Positions 59,782 to 64,000 of a stretch of DNA of 64,000 bases are shown piece by piece; positions within the stretch are counted from its first letter, which is position 1, and each line of letters starts with the position of its first letter. This DNA comes from Clarias gariepinus. Lineage: Eukaryota. The position numbers and the translations under genes were made by a program. The stretch is from NCBI RefSeq assembly GCF_024256425.1, contig NC_071110.1:2444274-2508273 (forward strand). The letters run 5' to 3'. Under the pieces are notes generated by a model that was not told where the DNA came from, searched no databases, and was given only the letters and a program-made list of their open reading frames with translations.

Positions 59782-59958
59782 CTGTTCATCTATAATTTCT
59801 GCTGTAGAAACCATATTGTGGTCTTTGTGTTCATCCACCATGCACAAGTGACGGATGAAGCTGTGGTCAGATCTTAATCTCGAAAGAGGTTTGTCTGGTG
59901 AGAGCAGACCTTCTCGTGGAGCTCTGCACAGGCTGATAGTCTTAGGATGAACAGACAA
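59782..59958 (-). pseudogene. B-box remnant of the second TRIM paralogue. No RING coding sequence lies upstream. It is frameshifted and has lost zinc ligands relative to locus A.
   Basis: One frame reads ACAELHEKVCSHQTNLFRD*, with a stop after an indel of about 4 nt. Another reads ...RSDHSFIRHLCMVDEHKDHNMVSTAEIIDEQ|gtgaga. Compare locus A: [53 protein letters not shown]. Confidence 0.55.
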
Positions 59959-62900
59959 GAATGAACAGCTTCGGCTTACTTCCAGTGAAGCAATCTCAGA
60001 AGTTTACTGGCTGTTGCTGTGTTTTTTATAGTTCCATAGAGAGTGGGTGTGGCTTTAAAAAGAGGATTAGTGCAGGCGTATGACTAACCCAAACCTATAC
60101 ATACTGTACAAGGTTTAAGTGTAAATGAACTTCCTTGTCATTTAAAGAATCAAAACAATCAAATCCTGCTTTTTTCATGGTCTACAGTATTGTGATTGTC
60201 TTTGCATCATCATAGAGGAGTATATAATGGTATAAATAAAATGTAATGACAGCACATTGTTGGAATAATCTCAATTAACAAAAAAAGGCTAATTCATGTT
60301 ACAAAAGCTTTTAAAATATATTCAACTCAAATGTATTATCAAAAACATCTTCAAACAAAAAACGACACCATTGTCAAATGGCAAGTAAATGGTTCCTTTT
60401 TTAAAGACCCAGAACAACAATCACTGAAACACTGAGCCTGGGTTAAGGTAAAAGAAAGGGGAGGTGGGGTTCAGGGATAGGTCAGGCAAATGGTTTTACC
60501 ATCACCAACATGGAGAGCAAGAATCAAACAAAGAAACAAGAAGAAAACCTGAAAAAGGCTTTGAATCGTCTAACCAGAAAAATGCTAGAAGCAAATCGGA
60601 TTGAATCGTCCAACCAGAAAAATGCTAGAAGCAAATCGGATTGAAATTTCACATTGTTTGTAATGTGTTGTAATTGTAAAAAGGTGTGTGCAGTTAGAAA
60701 TCCAGTGAACTTTGGGTGAAGATTTGATTAATTCATGCGACATGGCCTGACAAGTCAAATCAAAGATCATGCACTGTGGCATGCAGTCCAATGAATGTTG
60801 GGTCGATGATCTCGAGGGGACAGACAGTAGACATACCTTGGCAGCGTCATCAGACAGGATGGAGAACTCACAGGATTGGAGGAAGGACAGTAAGGAAACC
60901 ACTTATTAAGACTTAGCAGAAAAAAAAAGGCTTCAGTTTGCTAGGAAGCATAAAGATTGGACTTTGGTCTACAAAGTATGTTAAAGGAGCGTCATTATGT
61001 GTACTTTCTGTAGCTAGGAGGAAATAAATGTACTACTGGAAGTACTCAATAAACAAATGTTAAAGATGCATAAAAGTAAATATCACGAGGTACTAATGAA
61101 ACTGAGGCCAAGAATAGTTATATTGTCGTAAACAAGAAGTCTGAGATGATGAATGCTCTTTTCATGGCTTTCTGATTAAACCGAACCAGATTTTTTTATC
61201 TTGGCCTTATTTATTATTATTTTTTTTTTCAGGTTAGCAGCAGAAACAGTCTTTTTTTAGTGTGATCTCAAAGTCCTCCATGGTTACAGTCATCTGCAGG
61301 TCGCCTTTAGACAGCACTAGAATCTCTCCTGGGCTCAAACCTTGAATCGTCTGATGCATTGCCATCATGGATGCATCTTTGTGTACATAAACACATAATG
61401 GTAAGGAAATTAAACTTGTTAAATGCACCTAAATTACCTCTACATTCACTGTCATTTCTTATATTCTCCTATTTTGGAGGAACAGTACAATCAGATTGTA
61501 CAGTACAATCTATAGCAAAACTTCTATACTGCTACACACACAGCCTGTTCCAAGTGCAGTCTCCCTCTGCCAGGCAAAATTGTTGGGTGAGGAGGGCTGG
61601 CGTGCAGAAGACATTTCAGTTCATTCTAAAGGTTTCCGTTGGCGTTGAGGTCAGTGCAGAAATTGAGTTCTTCCATTCCAACTCTAACATTGTCTACATG
61701 CAGCTGACTGTGTATACAGGGGCACAGTCATGAAATATCTTGAAACAGGAAAGGGCTTCTTATTCCAGTAAAGGGAAATTGTAATGATACAGCAATTTCC
61801 CTTTGGGATTAATAAAGTTATTTGAATCTTGAATCTTCAATCATACGGAGAGAGTCTATATAATTAAGTGCTTTCATCTTTATGGCAACAGTTTAGAGAA
61901 GAATTAAATTAACTTCACATACTTTTGACCATATGGTGTACTGTAGGTGTACAATTACTCAATAGTTGATCAACATATCATTGACACAGTTGTAGGTACC
62001 ATTCATCAAATAGATGATGGCCATTTATTAATGTGCATTAACAGGAACAGGAAGACCACAACACCCGATGTACATGACCTGCCAAACGATCAAAAATCAT
62101 TCATCAGGCTTTTTTATGTAATATCATGAAATACCCAGATAGATCTAGAACTTCTATTTCGTAACTCCACACCAGATTTTTTTCTGGTAAACTCCACCAT
62201 AAACTCTGTCATTGTCAGAGTACTTGTGTCGCTTGTGTGCCTCACGTTCCATGTTTAATCCCAGTGATCTTTTGTTCATAACATAACTGCCTGTTATTCT
62301 AGGTTTTCTTTTCCCATTGCTTATTCTGCCCTGACCATGTATGACCCTGTCTGCTATGTGGATCGTGAGTTTTGAATTGTGTTAATTTGTGTTTCTCTGA
62401 GATCTGCCTATTAATTATTTCATTAATTACAATGCTGCATTGTTGTCTTTTCACACTTTAGGTCACCATGCTGCAAAGTGGATGTTTTTGGTGCTTGCGG
62501 TCCATTGCAGCATTGGATTTGCAAGATGTTGAACCAATGGGAATAAAGCATACATTCATTCCGACATGTGATTGACTACTGCTTGGACATATAACACTAC
62601 AGTACAGTACATCCTCTTTCTTTTGAAGATAATACAATATAAAAGGATATACTGAATACATTTTGACTAAAGAAAAAGCATTAAGGGAAGAATCACATAC
62701 TGTATACAGTAGTGTTTAAAATAATAGCAGTCCAACATCAGTAAACAGATCAATAATTGTTTTTGGGAAAAATTATATTTCTTCATGGTAAATATTTTAC
62801 TTGTAGGTGTAGTGGAGTAATAGAAAACCAACAGACCCAACAGTCATGACTTGCATGCACCTGCTTCTGTGTCATTAAATCATTAATTGAAAAAATAAAA

Positions 62901-62989
62901 TGGGTTGTTTCAGACATTGTTCAGAAGAACAGCGTACTTTGATTTAAAAGTTGATTAGAGATGAAAAAAACATACAAAGAAGTGCCGAA

Positions 62990-63700
62990 AATGATGCTTT
63001 GCTAAAATGATATCAAATGCTTATATATAACAAAACCATAAAGCTATTAGAAAGAAGCCCCCGCAAGTTCGCCAAGGAACACATTGACTGGCCTAAAAAG
63101 AAATGGTGCAATATTTTGTGGACTAATGAAAGCAAGATTGTTCTTTTTGGGTCATATGGGTCAAACTGTCTGAGGCCACAGACAGTTTGTCAGGCCCCCA
63201 AACATTTAATTCAAGCCACAGTACACTGTGAAGACAGTAAGGCATGGAGGCACAAGCATCATGATATGGGGATGCTTCTCGTACTATGGTGTTGGGCCTA
63301 TTTATTACATTTCAGGGATCATTTTTTTCAATTTAAGTACAGTACATCAGAATACTTTAAGAGGTCACGTTGCCCTATCCCGAAGAGGAAATGCCCTTAA
63401 AATGGGTGTTTTAACAAGACAACGACCCCAAACACACCAGTAAGCGAGCAGCATCTTGGTTCCAGACCAACAAGATTATGGTTATGGAGTGGCAGCCCGA
63501 TCCCCAGACCCTAATCCAATAGAAAACTTGTGGCCTGACAAAAGAAATGCTGTTTCTTGGGCTGAAATACCTGTTTAAAGGTGCCAGAAGTTGGTTGACT
63601 CCATGCAGCACAGATGTGAAGCAGTTCTCAGAAAGCATGTTTATACAACTCAATATTAGTTCAGAGATGCACAGGAAAGATTAAACTTCAAGCATTTTTG
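62990..63700 (+). mobile_element. Degraded Tc1-like transposase pseudogene
   Basis: Frameshifted + strand fragments: WTNESKIVLFGS..., ...VRHGGTSIMIWGCFSYYGVGPIYYI..., QDNDPKHTSK... Confidence 0.6.
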
Positions 63701-64000
63701 TTTAAACTGTAAATTCATCACTTTGTAAAGATGAATGATGACACTGCAATTTTTTTAACGGACTAATATTTTATTTTCCTCACTTTCTGTAAACTAATAA
63801 TACATTTAGCACATTTTTCTTCATGTTGTGATTCAGAATAGAACGTGCAGGGGGTCCAATGCATTTGTGTGATTTAAATGAAAAGTTATTATATGGATAT
63901 GGAGCTTTACTCACTTTTTTCAACACACTCATATTTTGAACACAACTGTACAAACCGGAACGCTAGTAAACTGCTGGACCAATATACTGACTGTATGCTC

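Noticed and set aside
1-64000. Prokaryotic-type novel system (operon, defence island, CRISPR array)
   Set aside because: The sequence has spliceosomal introns, vertebrate transposon families, microsatellites and a TRIM/B30.2 gene. It is a eukaryotic (teleost) locus. The 19-bp tandem repeat at 4985-5078 lacks spacers and cas context, so it is a minisatellite, not CRISPR.

Overview
This window is vertebrate nuclear DNA, almost certainly from a teleost fish. The evidence is GT-AG introns, dense (CA)n/(TA)n/(GATA)n microsatellites, a tRNA-derived SINE and Tc1-like, hAT, DIRS and Ty3/gypsy elements. It is not a prokaryotic locus; no CRISPR array, operon or defence island is present.

Layout:
(1) About 5.4-26.7 kb on the + strand is the 3' part of a large multi-exon WD40-repeat gene. 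At least 19 short exons end in a TAA at 26664-26666. The 5' end probably lies beyond the window. The protein may be TEP1/NWD-like, but the name is not verified.
(2) The introns of this gene carry nested transposons. An apparently intact Tc1-like element with an uninterrupted 353-aa DDE transposase lies at 3159-4797. A structurally complete DIRS-family tyrosine-recombinase retrotransposon lies at 11803-16925 on the minus strand. It has a gag-like ORF, an RT/RNase H/methyltransferase-like ORF and an overlapping tyrosine-recombinase ORF, with inverted terminal repeats. It has inserted into an older, internally deleted Tc1-like element (10985-17354).
(3) About 27-41 kb is AT-rich and gene-poor. 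It contains a 1.37-kb non-autonomous hAT element with perfect 8-bp target-site duplications at 30382-31750, a foldback inverted repeat, and a degenerate duplicate of the WD gene's terminal exon and 3' UTR.
(4) About 41.6-48.4 kb on the minus strand is a finTRIM-like immune gene: a RING/B-box exon, coiled-coil exons and two tandem B30.2/PRY-SPRY exons. A 5'-truncated, frameshifted paralogue lies at 56.8-60 kb and shares a near-identical block, including intron sequence, with the first copy.
(5) Between them is a Ty3/gypsy chromovirus-type LTR retrotransposon (50243-54302, minus strand). It has near-identical short LTRs, but its gag is truncated and its pol is frameshifted.

I found no single obviously novel system. 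The most notable items are the nested DIRS insertion and the duplicating finTRIM/B30.2 cluster. Coordinates of exons and repeat ends are read by eye and may be off by a few bases.
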